From positions 1,669 through 65,668 of the forward strand of contig JBAVTF010000115.1 in assembly GCA_049695995.1 (NCBI GenBank): DNA of 64,000 nucleotides. The letters run 5' to 3'. This DNA comes from Pirellulales bacterium (GTDB lineage: Bacteria > Planctomycetota > Planctomycetia > Pirellulales > UBA1268). Made by a program: the position numbers and the translations under genes. Below, in pieces: positions 38,508-48,354 of the stretch (its first letter is position 1; every line of letters starts with the position of its first letter). The notes under the pieces were generated by a model. The model worked only from the letters and a program-made list of their open reading frames with translations. It had not been told where the DNA came from and did not search any database.

Positions 38508-40523
38508 TCAGTAGTCGGCGCCGCCTTCGCCAACGGCAGAGCTGCTCGGCATCGCCAGGGGCTTCGGCTTGTGGCGGACCGCCCGGCGGGCGTTCTCGTC
38601 TCGCAGCCGTTCGATCGCCGCGTCGAGGCTCATCGCCCCGAGGTCGCCGTCCACCCGATCGCGGAGGCTCACCGTGCCGGCCGCCTCGTCCCGCGGGCCG
38701 CAGACCACCATCATCGGAATCAGCTCCAGCTGCGCCGTGCGGATCTTCGCGCCGAGTTTTTCCGCGGCGAGATCGAGGCCCGTCCGCAGGCCGGCGGCTT
38801 CGAGCTTCGCCTTCACCTGCTGGGCATAGCCTTCGCTCTTTTCGCTCACCGGGATCACGCGGACCTGCTCGGGCGCCAGCCAGAGCGGGAACGCCCCGGC
38901 GAAGTGCTCGATGAGCACGCCCACGAACCGCTCCATGCTGCCCAGGGGCGCACGGTGGATCATCACCGGTCTGTGCTTCGCGTTATCGGCACCGATGTAG
39001 TCGAGGTCGAACCGCTCGCCGCTCGGCAGGTTGTAGTCGAGCTGCACCGTGCCGAGTTGCCACTCGCGGCCAAGTGAGTCGTTCACCACGAAGTCGATCT
39101 TCGGCCCGTAGAAGGCGGCCTCGCCCGGCTCGGGCTCGCAGCCGGGCAAGTTCATCCGCCGCGCCACCCGCTCGATCGCGGCCTCGGCCTCCGCCCATCG
39201 CTCCGGCGGACCCACGTACTTGTCGCTCGCGGGATCGCGGAACCCGAGCCGCACGCGGAAGTTGTCGAAGGCCAGGCTCTCGAGCACCTTGAGCGTGAAG
39301 TCGATGCAGCCTTCCACTTCCTGCTCCACCTGCTCCGGCGTACAGAAGATGTGGGCGTCGTCCTGCGTGAAGCCGCGGACCCGGGTCATGCCGCCGAGCT
39401 CGCCCGACTGCTCGTAGCGATAGACCGTGCCGAACTCCGCCAGCCGCAGCGGCAGGTCCTTATAGCTGTGGGGCCGCGCCTTGTAGATCATCGTGTGGTG
39501 CGGGCAGTTCATCGGCTTGAGCAGATACTGCTCGTCGTCGCTCATCACGATCGGCTTGAACTGGCTGTCGGCGTAATACGGATAGTGGCCCGAGATCTTG
39601 TAGAGATCGACCTTGCCGATGTGGGGCGTGTAGACCGGCTGGTAGCCGCGGGCCGCCAGTTCGTCGCGGACGAAGCTCTCGAGCGTGCTCCGCAGGGTCG
39701 CCCCCTTGGGCATCCAAAGCACAAGGCCCGAGCCGACGAGCGGGCTCGTCGTAAAGAGATCGAGCTGCTTGCCGAGCACGCGGTGGTCGCGGCGGCGGGC
39801 CTCTTCCAGCGCCGCCAGATGGGCGTCGAGATCCTCCTGCGAGAACCATGCCGTGCCGTAGAGCCGCTGGAGCTGGGCGTTGTTCGCGTCCCCCTTCCAG
39901 TAGGCACCGGCGATGTTCGTGAGCTTGAAGGCGCCGATGCAGCCGGGACTCGGCACGTGCGGGCCGCGGCAGAGATCGACGAACTCGCCCTGGCGGTAGA
40001 AGGAGAGCGTGGGATGCTCGGCGAGGCCCGTCTCGATGTGCTCCACCTTGAGCGGCTGGGCGAGGTCGCGGACGATCTCGACGGCCTTGGTTCGCGGCAC
40101 CTCCACCCGCTCGAAGGCCTCGTCGGCCTCGATGATCCGCTTCATCTCGGCCTCGATCGCCGGCAGATCCTCGTCGGTGATCGGGCGGGAGGCCCGCATG
40201 TCGTAATAGAAGCCTTCACCCACGGTCGGGCCGAAGGCGAGTTCGACCCCTTCGAAGAGCCGCATCACGGCCCGGGCCATCACGTGGGCCGCCGAGTGCC
40301 GCATCACGGGCAGGGCCCGGGCGTCGCCAGCGAAGAGCGGCTCGACGGTCACTTCGCCGGCGGCGGGTAGCGGGGCATCGAGGCCCACGGTCTTCCCATC
40401 GAGCATGGCCGCGATGGGCCGCTTCTTCTTGTTGCCGCCGGTGGCCTCGGCCACGACGTCGGCCACGCGGGCCGTCTGGGGAAACTCACGAACGGATCCA
40501 TCGGCCAGGCGGACGTGGGGCAT
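38508..40523 (-). CDS. thrS: Threonine--tRNA ligase
   Basis: A TGS-like N-terminus is followed by the editing-domain motif HSAAHVMA. The class II core contains [19 protein letters not shown] and others. I set the start at ATG 40523 ([10 protein letters not shown]). Confidence 0.95.
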   Translation of the reverse strand: MPHVRLADGSVREFPQTARVADVVAEATGGNKKKRPIAAMLDGKTVGLDAPLPAAGEVTVEPLFAGDARALPVMRHSAAHVMARAVMRLFEGVELAFGPTVGEGFYYDMRASRPITDEDLPAIEAEMKRIIEADEAFERVEVPRTKAVEIVRDLAQPLKVEHIETGLAEHPTLSFYRQGEFVDLCRGPHVPSPGCIGAFKLTNIAGAYWKGDANNAQLQRLYGTAWFSQEDLDAHLAALEEARRRDHRVLGKQLDLFTTSPLVGSGLVLWMPKGATLRSTLESFVRDELAARGYQPVYTPHIGKVDLYKISGHYPYYADSQFKPIVMSDDEQYLLKPMNCPHHTMIYKARPHSYKDLPLRLAEFGTVYRYEQSGELGGMTRVRGFTQDDAHIFCTPEQVEQEVEGCIDFTLKVLESLAFDNFRVRLGFRDPASDKYVGPPERWAEAEAAIERVARRMNLPGCEPEPGEAAFYGPKIDFVVNDSLGREWQLGTVQLDYNLPSGERFDLDYIGADNAKHRPVMIHRAPLGSMERFVGVLIEHFAGAFPLWLAPEQVRVIPVSEKSEGYAQQVKAKLEAAGLRTGLDLAAEKLGAKIRTAQLELIPMMVVCGPRDEAAGTVSLRDRVDGDLGAMSLDAAIERLRDENARRAVRHKPKPLAMPSSSAVGEGGADY

Positions 40524-40686
40524 GGTGATGTGGGGTGGTGTGGGGTGCCCGAAAAAATGCGTGCGAAACCGGAGCGTAGCGGCCGCGGTACGGGGGGGCA
40601 AGGTTACAGGTCGTGCATGGTGCAGGCCGGCAGCACCGGCGAGCGTGCTGCTCCACGGGGTGATGCTGTAGGCTTGCCCACCCAGC

Positions 40687-42198
40687 ATGCACGCTCCACA
40701 CGACTGCTCCGCCGACCTTCACGGGCAGGACACCGATCTCTGGATCGTCGGTGTCCTGTTTCCGCACCTGAAGATGCGGAGCTTCATCGACGTCGGCGCC
40801 GAGAAGGGCGGGTTCGCGAAGGCGCTCTTCCGGATGGGATTCGAGCGGGGAGTGCTCTGTGAACCGCTGCCGTCCCACGTTCAGGAACTCAGCCAACGGT
40901 TCGCTGCTCCGCATGCCACGATCCTCCCATACGCGATCGACCGCGAGGACCGGACCACACAGTTTCACGTCGCATGCGACGCTGCCGGAAACGAGCTCGA
41001 TTACTTCCATTCGCTCAACCGCGTTCCCGATCACGACTACTTTCGGCATGGTCGGCACCTGGACGTCCGCTGCCGCTCCCTCGAGAGCCTGCTGGCCTCC
41101 GGCGAGGTCGACGCCGACATTGGCCTACTCAAGATCGACACCGAGGGCAACGACCTCCGTGTGCTCCAGGGACTCGGTCCCCTGCGGCCCGAACTGATCA
41201 TGTGCGAGTTCGTGCCGCCGGCCGTCTACCCGCACTGGCCGCTCTCATTCGCCGAGAACCTCATTCCAGAGGCGAGCAGACGGGGCTATCGCCACGTCGT
41301 CGCGATCCAGCGGACCCACGGTGTCGCCGGGGAATGGGTGCGGATCGATCCTGCCAGCTTCACGGCCAACGACTGGGGAAACCTCGTCCTCATTCGCGAG
41401 GATGTATTCGCGGCCGCCGCGGCAGATCTCCAGGCCCGAATTCGCGGCCGCGCCGACCGCTTCCGCAGTGAGCAACCGATCGCCGTCCGGCACGACCCGC
41501 GGTATGGCGTCGCCTGTGCTGATTGGCTGCAGCGGCAGGTCGAGGGATTTTCACGAACGGCGGACCGCTCGGTGGCGATCGACGTCGGTGCTCACGAGGG
41601 AACCTTCTTCCAGCTATTGCTGCAGGCAAACCTCGTATCCCGTCTCGTACTCTTCGAGCCACAGCCGGCCAATGCCGCGCGGCTGCGGCAGCGGTTTGTG
41701 GATCCGCGGGTGACCGTAGAGGAAGTGGCCGTCGGAGCCACGACGGGCAGCGCGGAGTTTCTCTTCGGAGACGACACCGCCACCGGCTCGCTCCTGCAGC
41801 CGACGGGACCGACGCCGGCCGCCACGCAGGCATGCCTGGTGCCGACGACGTCCCTCGACGACTACGCCACCGCGCACGGCCTCCTCGACAAGGTCAACGT
41901 CCTGAAGATCGACACGCAGGGAACCGATGCCGCGGTGTTGCACGGCGCGGAAAGACTGCTCCGTGAAAGCCAGCCGCTTCTGATCGTGGAGCTGATCTTC
42001 GCGCCGCTGTACGAGGATCAGGGCGATCCTGCCGCGCTCATCCTCTGGCTGGCGGAGCGTGGCTACCGGCTTGCGGGCTTCTTCGACGAGCACTTCAGCC
42101 GGGAGGGCTGGCTCGCCTGGACCGACGCCTGTTTCGTGCCTGTCGCACGGCTGCCGGCGTATCGTCCGCCGTTCGTGCTGCGCGGAGCCGCCAGCTGA
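40687..42198 (+). CDS. Tandem FkbM-family methyltransferase (two FkbM domains in one protein)
   Basis: Domain 1 shows [11 protein letters not shown]...[14 protein letters not shown]. Domain 2 shows [11 protein letters not shown]...[14 protein letters not shown]. The start is ATG 40687 or ATG 40774. Confidence 0.75.
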   Translation: MHAPHDCSADLHGQDTDLWIVGVLFPHLKMRSFIDVGAEKGGFAKALFRMGFERGVLCEPLPSHVQELSQRFAAPHATILPYAIDREDRTTQFHVACDAAGNELDYFHSLNRVPDHDYFRHGRHLDVRCRSLESLLASGEVDADIGLLKIDTEGNDLRVLQGLGPLRPELIMCEFVPPAVYPHWPLSFAENLIPEASRRGYRHVVAIQRTHGVAGEWVRIDPASFTANDWGNLVLIREDVFAAAAADLQARIRGRADRFRSEQPIAVRHDPRYGVACADWLQRQVEGFSRTADRSVAIDVGAHEGTFFQLLLQANLVSRLVLFEPQPANAARLRQRFVDPRVTVEEVAVGATTGSAEFLFGDDTATGSLLQPTGPTPAATQACLVPTTSLDDYATAHGLLDKVNVLKIDTQGTDAAVLHGAERLLRESQPLLIVELIFAPLYEDQGDPAALILWLAERGYRLAGFFDEHFSREGWLAWTDACFVPVARLPAYRPPFVLRGAAS

Positions 42199-42956
42199 TG
42201 GGCGCGATCCACTTCTCCATCGACCCGGTCCTCGCCGCTCTCCTCGCGAAGCGGCTCGAGCTTACAGTCTTCATCGAAACCGGCACGTTCAAGGGCGACT
42301 CCGTGGCCGCGGTGCGGCCCTCTTTTGAGGAGCTGCACACCTGCGAGCTCTCACCGGAACTGCACGCGGCCGCGACGCAACGGTTCGCGAACGATCCCGC
42401 GGTGCACTGTCACCTTGGCTCATCTCCGGACCGTCTGCGTGCGCTGGCCGCCATCCATGCCCGTCACCCGGTCATGTACTGGCTCGATGCCCATTGGTGC
42501 TCCGCCGCCCAGACTGCGGGCGAGGAGTCGCAGTGTCCGTTGCTCGAGGAGCTGGAGGCGATCGCCCCATTGCACCCCGAGTCGATCGTGTGGATCGACG
42601 ATGCGAGGTATTTCATGGCCCCACCCACCGCTCCGCTCGAAGCCAGGGGCTGGCCGACGTTCCAGCAGGTGCTCGATTGCCTCCAGTCGCTCTCGACGCA
42701 ACACCACCTCGTGTTCGCCAACGACACGATCCTCTTTCATCCGGCCAGGATCGCCGGCGAGGTCGCCACCTATCTGCACACGCAGGGCGCCGACTGGCTG
42801 GCGATCGCCCATGCCTCGCGACTCACGGACGAACTGAGGGCCACCTGTGAGCAGTTGCGGATCGCGTGCGAGCAACGGCACGAGCGGCCGGCAGGGCGAA
42901 GTCAGTTCCGGAAGTGGTTTCGCGCGGTCCGCAGGCGGCCCGTGCCTACTCCATGA
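42198..42956 (+). CDS. Hypothetical protein, possibly SAM-dependent methyltransferase-like
   Basis: Its start overlaps the upstream stop (TGATG). The N-terminal motif FIETGTFKGDS resembles methyltransferase motif I. The family is not securely recognised. Confidence 0.45.
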   Translation: MGAIHFSIDPVLAALLAKRLELTVFIETGTFKGDSVAAVRPSFEELHTCELSPELHAAATQRFANDPAVHCHLGSSPDRLRALAAIHARHPVMYWLDAHWCSAAQTAGEESQCPLLEELEAIAPLHPESIVWIDDARYFMAPPTAPLEARGWPTFQQVLDCLQSLSTQHHLVFANDTILFHPARIAGEVATYLHTQGADWLAIAHASRLTDELRATCEQLRIACEQRHERPAGRSQFRKWFRAVRRRPVPTP

Positions 42957-43137
42957 GGCCTTCCTCAGCCCCTCCCTGAGCCCGTCCGCCGCTCAGTTCC
43001 CCGTTTGCTGGCCGCATGCCCGTTATGGACGACCGGTCGTGACGACCCGTGTGGCCCGATCCGCATTTCACGGGAGGGGTACCGTCGTCGCTTGACTGGC
43101 CCCGATTCACGCGCGAGACTCTGAGTGCCGACTTTGC

Positions 43138-43211
43138 GGGCGATTAGCTCAGTTGGTTAGAGCACCAGCTCGACAAGCTGGGGGTCATAGGTTCGAGTCC
43201 TATATCGCCCA
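43138..43211 (+). tRNA. tRNA-Val (anticodon GAC), no encoded CCA
   Basis: I folded the cloverleaf by hand. The acceptor stem is GGGCGAT/ATCGCCC. The D arm is GCTC-AGTTGGTTA-GAGC. The anticodon arm is CCAGC-TCGACAA-GCTGG. The variable loop is GGGTC. The T arm is ATAGG-TTCGAGT-CCTAT. The discriminator is A. Position 33 reads C instead of the usual U. Confidence 0.85.
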
Positions 43212-43223
43212 TTTGGATGCGTT

Positions 43224-44180
43224 TCACAGTCGGCTGCGGCGGTACCAGTCGCAGAATCGGGCCATTCCCTCGCGAAACGACGTCGCAGGATCGTAGTCGA
43301 GCAGCCGCCGAGCCTTCGACACGTCGGCGTTGGTGATCTCGACGTCGCCCGGCTGGGGTGGAGCCTGCTCGATCACGAGCTCCTTCCCGGTCACCTCCTG
43401 CACCACGTCGAGCGCCTCGTTGAGCGAGACGGTGGCCGAGTTGCCGAGATTCACGATCTCGTAGCCCAACGGCCGGTCGATCGCGTTGACGAACCCGCGG
43501 ACGAAGTCACGGATGTAGGTGTAATCGCGGCGGGTCGTGCCATCGCCGAACTTGCGAATCGGACGGCCGTGCAGGGCTGACTCCACGAACAGCCAGGGCG
43601 CCATGTCGGGCCGGCCGCGCGGCCCGTAGACCGTGAACGGTCGGATCACCGTGACCGACAATCCGTGGAGGTGATGGAACGTATGGGCCATCACTTCGGT
43701 CGCCTTCTTCGTGGCTGCGTAGGGGGAGATCGGCCGGTCGGTGGCGGAGTCGTCCTCGCGGAAGGGAACCGCCCGCGAGTTACCGTAGACCGACGACGAC
43801 GAGGCGATCACGACGTTTTCGAGGCCCGCTCCGACGCAGGCCGAAAGCAGCGTGAGCGTGCCGTCGCAGTTGGCCCGCTGATAGAGAAACGGATCGGCGA
43901 TCGATGGCCGCACGCCGGCCCGCGCCGCGAGATGGGCCAGGTGGGTGAACCGCCGCGTGGCAAACAACTCCGCGACGAGCCGCCCGTCGCACATGTCACC
44001 CTCGACGAACGAAAACCGTGGATGACGCTCAAGGATGGACAGGTTTTCTCGCTTGTAGGCGACGGGGTAGTAGTCGTTCAGCTCGTCGAGGCCGACCACT
44101 TCGTCGCCCCGCTCGAGCAACGCCTCCGCGATATGCGAGCCGATAAATCCCGCCGCCCCGGTCACGAGAATCCGCTTCAC
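43224..44180 (-). CDS. NAD-dependent nucleotide-sugar epimerase (UDP-glucuronate/UDP-glucose 4-epimerase-like)
   Basis: A GTG start is preceded by GGAGG. The Rossmann motif is ILVTGAAGFIGSH, the catalytic motif is YAATK, and the length is 318 aa. Confidence 0.85.
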   Translation of the reverse strand: MKRILVTGAAGFIGSHIAEALLERGDEVVGLDELNDYYPVAYKRENLSILERHPRFSFVEGDMCDGRLVAELFATRRFTHLAHLAARAGVRPSIADPFLYQRANCDGTLTLLSACVGAGLENVVIASSSSVYGNSRAVPFREDDSATDRPISPYAATKKATEVMAHTFHHLHGLSVTVIRPFTVYGPRGRPDMAPWLFVESALHGRPIRKFGDGTTRRDYTYIRDFVRGFVNAIDRPLGYEIVNLGNSATVSLNEALDVVQEVTGKELVIEQAPPQPGDVEITNADVSKARRLLDYDPATSFREGMARFCDWYRRSRL

Positions 44181-44238
44181 TTCTGAGCCTCCATGCCGAT
44201 GCCACGATCCACGTACCCGCCACAGCTTATGAGTCGGT

Positions 44239-44259
44239 GTGCAGACTACCAGTCTGCAC
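44239..44259. repeat. Perfect 9-bp inverted repeat with a 3-nt spacer (GTGCAGACT-ACC-AGTCTGCAC) in a divergent promoter region
   Basis: I read it directly from the sequence. It lies between the epimerase start (44180, minus strand) and the GT4 start (44345, plus strand). Confidence 0.9.
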
Positions 44260-44265
44260 CTGCCT

Positions 44266-44292
44266 GTAGGCTGGTCACTCCGTGACGGGCCC
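44266..44292 (+). repeat. Palindromic boundary motif copy d (GTAGGCTGGTCACTCCGTGACGGGCCC)
   Basis: It matches copy c (27300-27326) at 25 of 27 positions. Here the GTCAC-TCC-GTGAC core is retained but the outer stem is weakened. Confidence 0.85.
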
Positions 44293-44344
44293 ACTGGCGT
44301 ACGTCGGGCCCAGCGGGCTGTATCTTGGCAGACGAGTCCCACCC

Positions 44345-45466
44345 ATGTCGCTCTCGATCTGTCTCTTCACCGATGTCTGCCTGCCCACACTTGGCGGGGC
44401 GCAGACCGTGCTCGACCAACTCTGTCGGCAACTCGTGCGGTTCGGCCACCGGCCCGTCGTCGTCGCGCCGCCGGCCCGTGACCCGTTCGACGACCGGCAG
44501 TTCGGCTACCCCGTCATCCGCCACCGCCGCCAGTGGTCGAAGCGATTCGCAGTGCGCACGGTTCTGCCCCGGCTCCTGGCCCTGCACGCCCGCCATCGGT
44601 TCGACGTCGTGCACTGCCACGCCGCCTATCCGCAGGCCTATGTGGCTCTGACCATGCGGCAGCTGACCGGCATTCCGTATGTGGTGCGGCCGCACGGCGC
44701 TGATGTGCTGCCCGACGACGCGATCCGCCGTGTGCCACGGCTGGCGCACCGGATGACACGGGCGCTGACTGCGGCCGATGCCGTCGTCGCGCAGGGCGAA
44801 TCGCTCCGTGACGTGATCTGCGGCATCGGCGTCGCGGCCGAGCGGATCGTGACGATCAACAACGGCGTCAATGTCGCCGCCTTCGCGACGGCCGAGCCGT
44901 TTCCGCATCTGCGGCGCTATATCCTCGGCCTCGGGAGCCTCGTCCGACACAAGGGCTTCGACCTGCTCGTGGACGCCTACGCCCAGCTCCGCGATCCAGC
45001 CGTCGATCTCCTGATTGCGGGTGACGGCAGTGAGTCGGCCGCGCTGGCCTCCCAGATCGCACGCCTCGGGCTCCACGATCGCGTGCAGTTGCTCGGGCCC
45101 GTCACGGGCGACCGTAAGGTGAGCCTGTATCGCTCGGCAGCGTTCTTCGTCTGCCCCTCGCGGCGCGAGCCGTTTGCCAACGTGATCCTCGAGGCCCTGG
45201 CGTCGGGGCTTCCGGTCGTGGCCACGGATGTCGGCGGTAATCGCGAACTGGTGCAGCCCGAGGTCAACGGCCTGCTCTGTCAGCCAGAGTCTCCAGCCGC
45301 ACTCGCGACGGCAATGCAGCGGCTGCTCGATGAGCCCTCATTCGTTGCCCGGCTGCGGGCCGACGCTGCGGCGTCGATCGCCGATCACGACTGGTCGCAG
45401 GTGGCGGAGCGATACGTCGATGTCTATCGCCGGACCGTGGGCTCGACTCGGTCATCGCGGGCATGA
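44345..45466 (+). CDS. Family 4 glycosyltransferase (GT-B, Glycos_transf_1)
   Basis: The N-terminus is ICLFTDVCLPTLGGAQ. The C-terminal E-X7-E region is PSRREPFANVILEALASGLPVVATDVGGNRELV. Confidence 0.85.
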   Translation: MSLSICLFTDVCLPTLGGAQTVLDQLCRQLVRFGHRPVVVAPPARDPFDDRQFGYPVIRHRRQWSKRFAVRTVLPRLLALHARHRFDVVHCHAAYPQAYVALTMRQLTGIPYVVRPHGADVLPDDAIRRVPRLAHRMTRALTAADAVVAQGESLRDVICGIGVAAERIVTINNGVNVAAFATAEPFPHLRRYILGLGSLVRHKGFDLLVDAYAQLRDPAVDLLIAGDGSESAALASQIARLGLHDRVQLLGPVTGDRKVSLYRSAAFFVCPSRREPFANVILEALASGLPVVATDVGGNRELVQPEVNGLLCQPESPAALATAMQRLLDEPSFVARLRADAAASIADHDWSQVAERYVDVYRRTVGSTRSSRA

Positions 45467-45473
45467 GCCGCCG

Positions 45474-46592
45474 TCAGGCGGCGCGGGCGACGGGCGTATT
45501 GTGCTCCGCCAGGGAGCCCTCCAGATGCTCGCGGCACACCTGCTCGAGCTGTCGGCAGAGCGTCTCGGCCCGGGCCATCCCGTCGTGGTAGCGGCGCCAT
45601 GCCTGCCACGGCCGCAGCCGCAGGAGGTCGCCGCACACGAGCCGCTGAAAACGGTGCTTCACTTTGTGCAGAAAGAACCGCTCGAGTGCCGCGGCGATCG
45701 TATCAGCCGTCACTGGCCCCTGTTCGATCGCCGAGAGAAAGTTCCAGCAGCAGTGCATCACCGCGATGTCGTCGAGGTCGGGCTGACCGGCGTACAGGTG
45801 CTGCCAGCGGGCATTGAACGCATCGGGCAGCCGGCGAAATGCCCAGCCCTCGGCCGCCAGCATCTGGATCGTGACGGCCAGCGCTGCCTGATCGCTCTGA
45901 TGGATCCACTTCCGCGTCTCGTGCCGCTCGTCGTAGAGCGAGGCGATCCGCAGGATGTTCGCCTGCCACCGCTCCCGCAGACCGCAAGCCCAAGGCGCGA
46001 AGACGACGCCACCGTTGTAGTAGGGGAGCATCGCCTCGATCTGCCCATCACCCGCCTCGTAGCCCATCATCCGCTGTGGATAGCGCGGCAGATCCAGCTC
46101 GCAGACGAGCGGCTGAATCGTCGGTGGGAGCGGGAGATCAAAGGCGGTGTAGATCGTCGCCCAATCCTTCACGGCGACGTTTGGTGCGTCGTCGGGGCAG
46201 GCCGCGACGCAGTCGCCGAAGGAGGCGAGCGGCGCGAGGTCGGAGAGGATCGCTGTGTCGACGTCGAGCAGCAGGAACCGGTCGGTCTCGGGCTCGATCT
46301 CCAGCCCGCGAAACTTGTTGCCCACGTGGTGGTCGTGCCGGAGCCGGAGCGGCGCGTGGATCGTGATCCGGGCGTCGCAGCGGGCGGCGAGCCGACGGAC
46401 GCTCGCCGGCGGCGAACCGATGCAGGCGAGATGGAGCGGGAACGATCGACTCGTGCCGGCGTTCTCCAGCCAGCTGGTGAGAAACACGAGCGTGCGGGCC
46501 TCGAACACGGTGTCGTCCCTGCCGGAAAAGTCCGGCACCGTGATCACGTCGAATGGTCGGTCGGTGTCGGCAGTCTGCTGGGGCGGAGGCAT
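45474..46592 (-). CDS. Putative GT-A nucleotide-sugar transferase (GT8-like), hypothetical
   Basis: A DXD-like motif (FLLLDVDTAI) and YYNGGVVF resemble GT8 and related transferases. The assignment is weak. The ATG is at 46592. Confidence 0.45.
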   Translation of the reverse strand: MPPPQQTADTDRPFDVITVPDFSGRDDTVFEARTLVFLTSWLENAGTSRSFPLHLACIGSPPASVRRLAARCDARITIHAPLRLRHDHHVGNKFRGLEIEPETDRFLLLDVDTAILSDLAPLASFGDCVAACPDDAPNVAVKDWATIYTAFDLPLPPTIQPLVCELDLPRYPQRMMGYEAGDGQIEAMLPYYNGGVVFAPWACGLRERWQANILRIASLYDERHETRKWIHQSDQAALAVTIQMLAAEGWAFRRLPDAFNARWQHLYAGQPDLDDIAVMHCCWNFLSAIEQGPVTADTIAAALERFFLHKVKHRFQRLVCGDLLRLRPWQAWRRYHDGMARAETLCRQLEQVCREHLEGSLAEHNTPVARAA

Positions 46593-46778
46593 GGCACGAC
46601 CGCGGGAGCGTCGGGGCAGAGGGGGATATGCGGCGGACGCTACAGCCTCGCCGCATCGAGAACAACGGCGGTTTGCCCCGCTGTTCTCCTTCGCCTTGGC
46701 AACTGCTCTCGCCGCCGTTGCCACCTTTTGGTATCTCTCGCCGGTTGCCCGGCTTGCCCTGTTTCGTCCGAGTGATCC

Positions 46779-47618
46779 ATGACACAGCCGATCGTGTTCA
46801 TCGCGAGTCTCGGGCATTCCGGATCGACGCTGCTCGACCTCGTGCTCGGCGGGCATTCGCGGCTCGTGGGACTGGGCGAGGTGGCGTCGGTGCTGACTTC
46901 GGGCAGCGACGGCGAGCCTTCGTTCACCGGCGATTGTTCCTGCGGGCAGGATGCCGCGTCGTGCCCACTCTGGAGCGAGGTGGCCCGCCGGGTCCAGGCC
47001 GAGCCGCGCGCGCCAGTCGCCCGCCGGTACCGAATCGTGTTCGAGACCGCCGCGGCCGTCTTCGGCCCCGACGTCATTCCGGTCGATTCCTCAAAATACC
47101 TCCCCTGGCTCAGGCTGCTCCGCGGCGAGGTCGGCGTCGACCTAAGGGTATTGTTCCTGCTCAAGGATGTGCGGAGTTTTACGTCTTCTGAGGTGGAGGC
47201 GGCTGTCCGCAAGCGTGGCGAGGGGCAGCGGCGGCGGCGGCTGTCACCGCTCGGCGCGTTTGCCTACTGGCACCGGCACAATCGGGCCGTCGAGCAGTTC
47301 CTGCGGGATAGCCAGCTGCCGACGTTTCAGCTGGGCTATGAGGAGCTGTGTCTGGCAGCTGAGCCGATCGTGCGAAAGATTTGTCACTTCCTCGAGCTCG
47401 CCTTCGAGCCGGCGATGCTGGAACGCTCCTCCTCGCGAAGCCACGTGCTCCGAGGCAACCGAATGCGGCGGCAGCCGGAGAAGGCCGGGCTCGCCTACGA
47501 CCACCGTTGGTTCGTGCGGCGCGACTGGTTGCTGCCGTCCCTGCTCTGCCCGCAGATCATGCGCTACAACCGCGACCATGTGTATTCCAACGGCATCGAC
47601 GCCACGTGGAGCCGCTGA
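46779..47618 (+). CDS. Sulfotransferase family protein
   Basis: The N-terminal PAPS 5'-phosphosulfate-binding-like loop is FIASLGHSGSTLL, and a 3'-PB-like segment (LFLLKDVRSF) is present. The length is 279 aa. Confidence 0.65.
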   Translation: MTQPIVFIASLGHSGSTLLDLVLGGHSRLVGLGEVASVLTSGSDGEPSFTGDCSCGQDAASCPLWSEVARRVQAEPRAPVARRYRIVFETAAAVFGPDVIPVDSSKYLPWLRLLRGEVGVDLRVLFLLKDVRSFTSSEVEAAVRKRGEGQRRRRLSPLGAFAYWHRHNRAVEQFLRDSQLPTFQLGYEELCLAAEPIVRKICHFLELAFEPAMLERSSSRSHVLRGNRMRRQPEKAGLAYDHRWFVRRDWLLPSLLCPQIMRYNRDHVYSNGIDATWSR

Positions 47619-47620
47619 CG

Positions 47621-48349
47621 ATGATTTACGTCGTGCTCGGCATGCACAAATCGGGCACCACGCTCGTGTCGGAGCTGCTGCATCATGCCGGCATCGACAT
47701 GGTGGATACGGCGAGCCCTGACGCCGGCTACGACGAGGGCAATAAGTGGGAGCGGGAATCGACCAAGCAGGTGAATCACGCGATCCTCGGCTCGGCCGGG
47801 GCCTTTAGTCTCGAGACGGTTGGCCACACGCGACGGTTCGGGGACGCCGAGCGGGCAAGCCTGCGGGACGTCATTGCCGCCTGCTCAGCCCGGCATCCCG
47901 ACTGGGGGTTCAAGGATCCACGCACCTGTCTCACCTACGACTTGTGGGCGGGTGAACTGCCACCGCACCGGATCGTCGCCGTCTTCCGCCGGCCGGAGGA
48001 GGCCTGGGCCCACTACTGGGCATCGTCCAGGGGCCGCCGCCGGCTGACCGTCTTTCGGCACTGTCTGCCGCGGTGGTGCGACTCCAACGCGGCCATTCTC
48101 TCGGCACTCGACCGGACAACACAGCCGTTCATCGTGATCGACTACGCAACGCTCATGACCGACCCTGCTGAGCTCGCCCGGCTGGAGCGGTTCGTGGATC
48201 GCCCGCTGGTCGATCGCCGCGATCCGCGGATGCGCCGCAGTCGGGCGACGCGGTCGGTGGGCTACCGGCTCGCGCGGATGTGGCATCGCCTCTGGGGCGG
48301 AGCGAGCCCAGAAGCGATCGCGGATCGGCTCGACGGGCTGCGGGCCTGA
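47621..48349 (+). CDS. Sulfotransferase family protein (second, tandem)
   Basis: It starts 3 nt after the previous stop. The canonical 5'-PSB loop is VLGMHKSGTTLV, and the 3'-PB-like segment is VAVFRRPEE. Confidence 0.7.
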   Translation: MIYVVLGMHKSGTTLVSELLHHAGIDMVDTASPDAGYDEGNKWERESTKQVNHAILGSAGAFSLETVGHTRRFGDAERASLRDVIAACSARHPDWGFKDPRTCLTYDLWAGELPPHRIVAVFRRPEEAWAHYWASSRGRRRLTVFRHCLPRWCDSNAAILSALDRTTQPFIVIDYATLMTDPAELARLERFVDRPLVDRRDPRMRRSRATRSVGYRLARMWHRLWGGASPEAIADRLDGLRA

Positions 48350-48354
48350 ACGAT

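Noticed and set aside
42957-43223. Whether tRNA-Val marks a genomic-island integration site. I looked for an integrase, direct repeats of the tRNA 3' end, or a transposase.
   Set aside because: No integrase or transposase ORF is visible anywhere in the window. I found no duplicate of the tRNA 3' end, and the flanking genes have normal GC content. There is no support for a mobile element.
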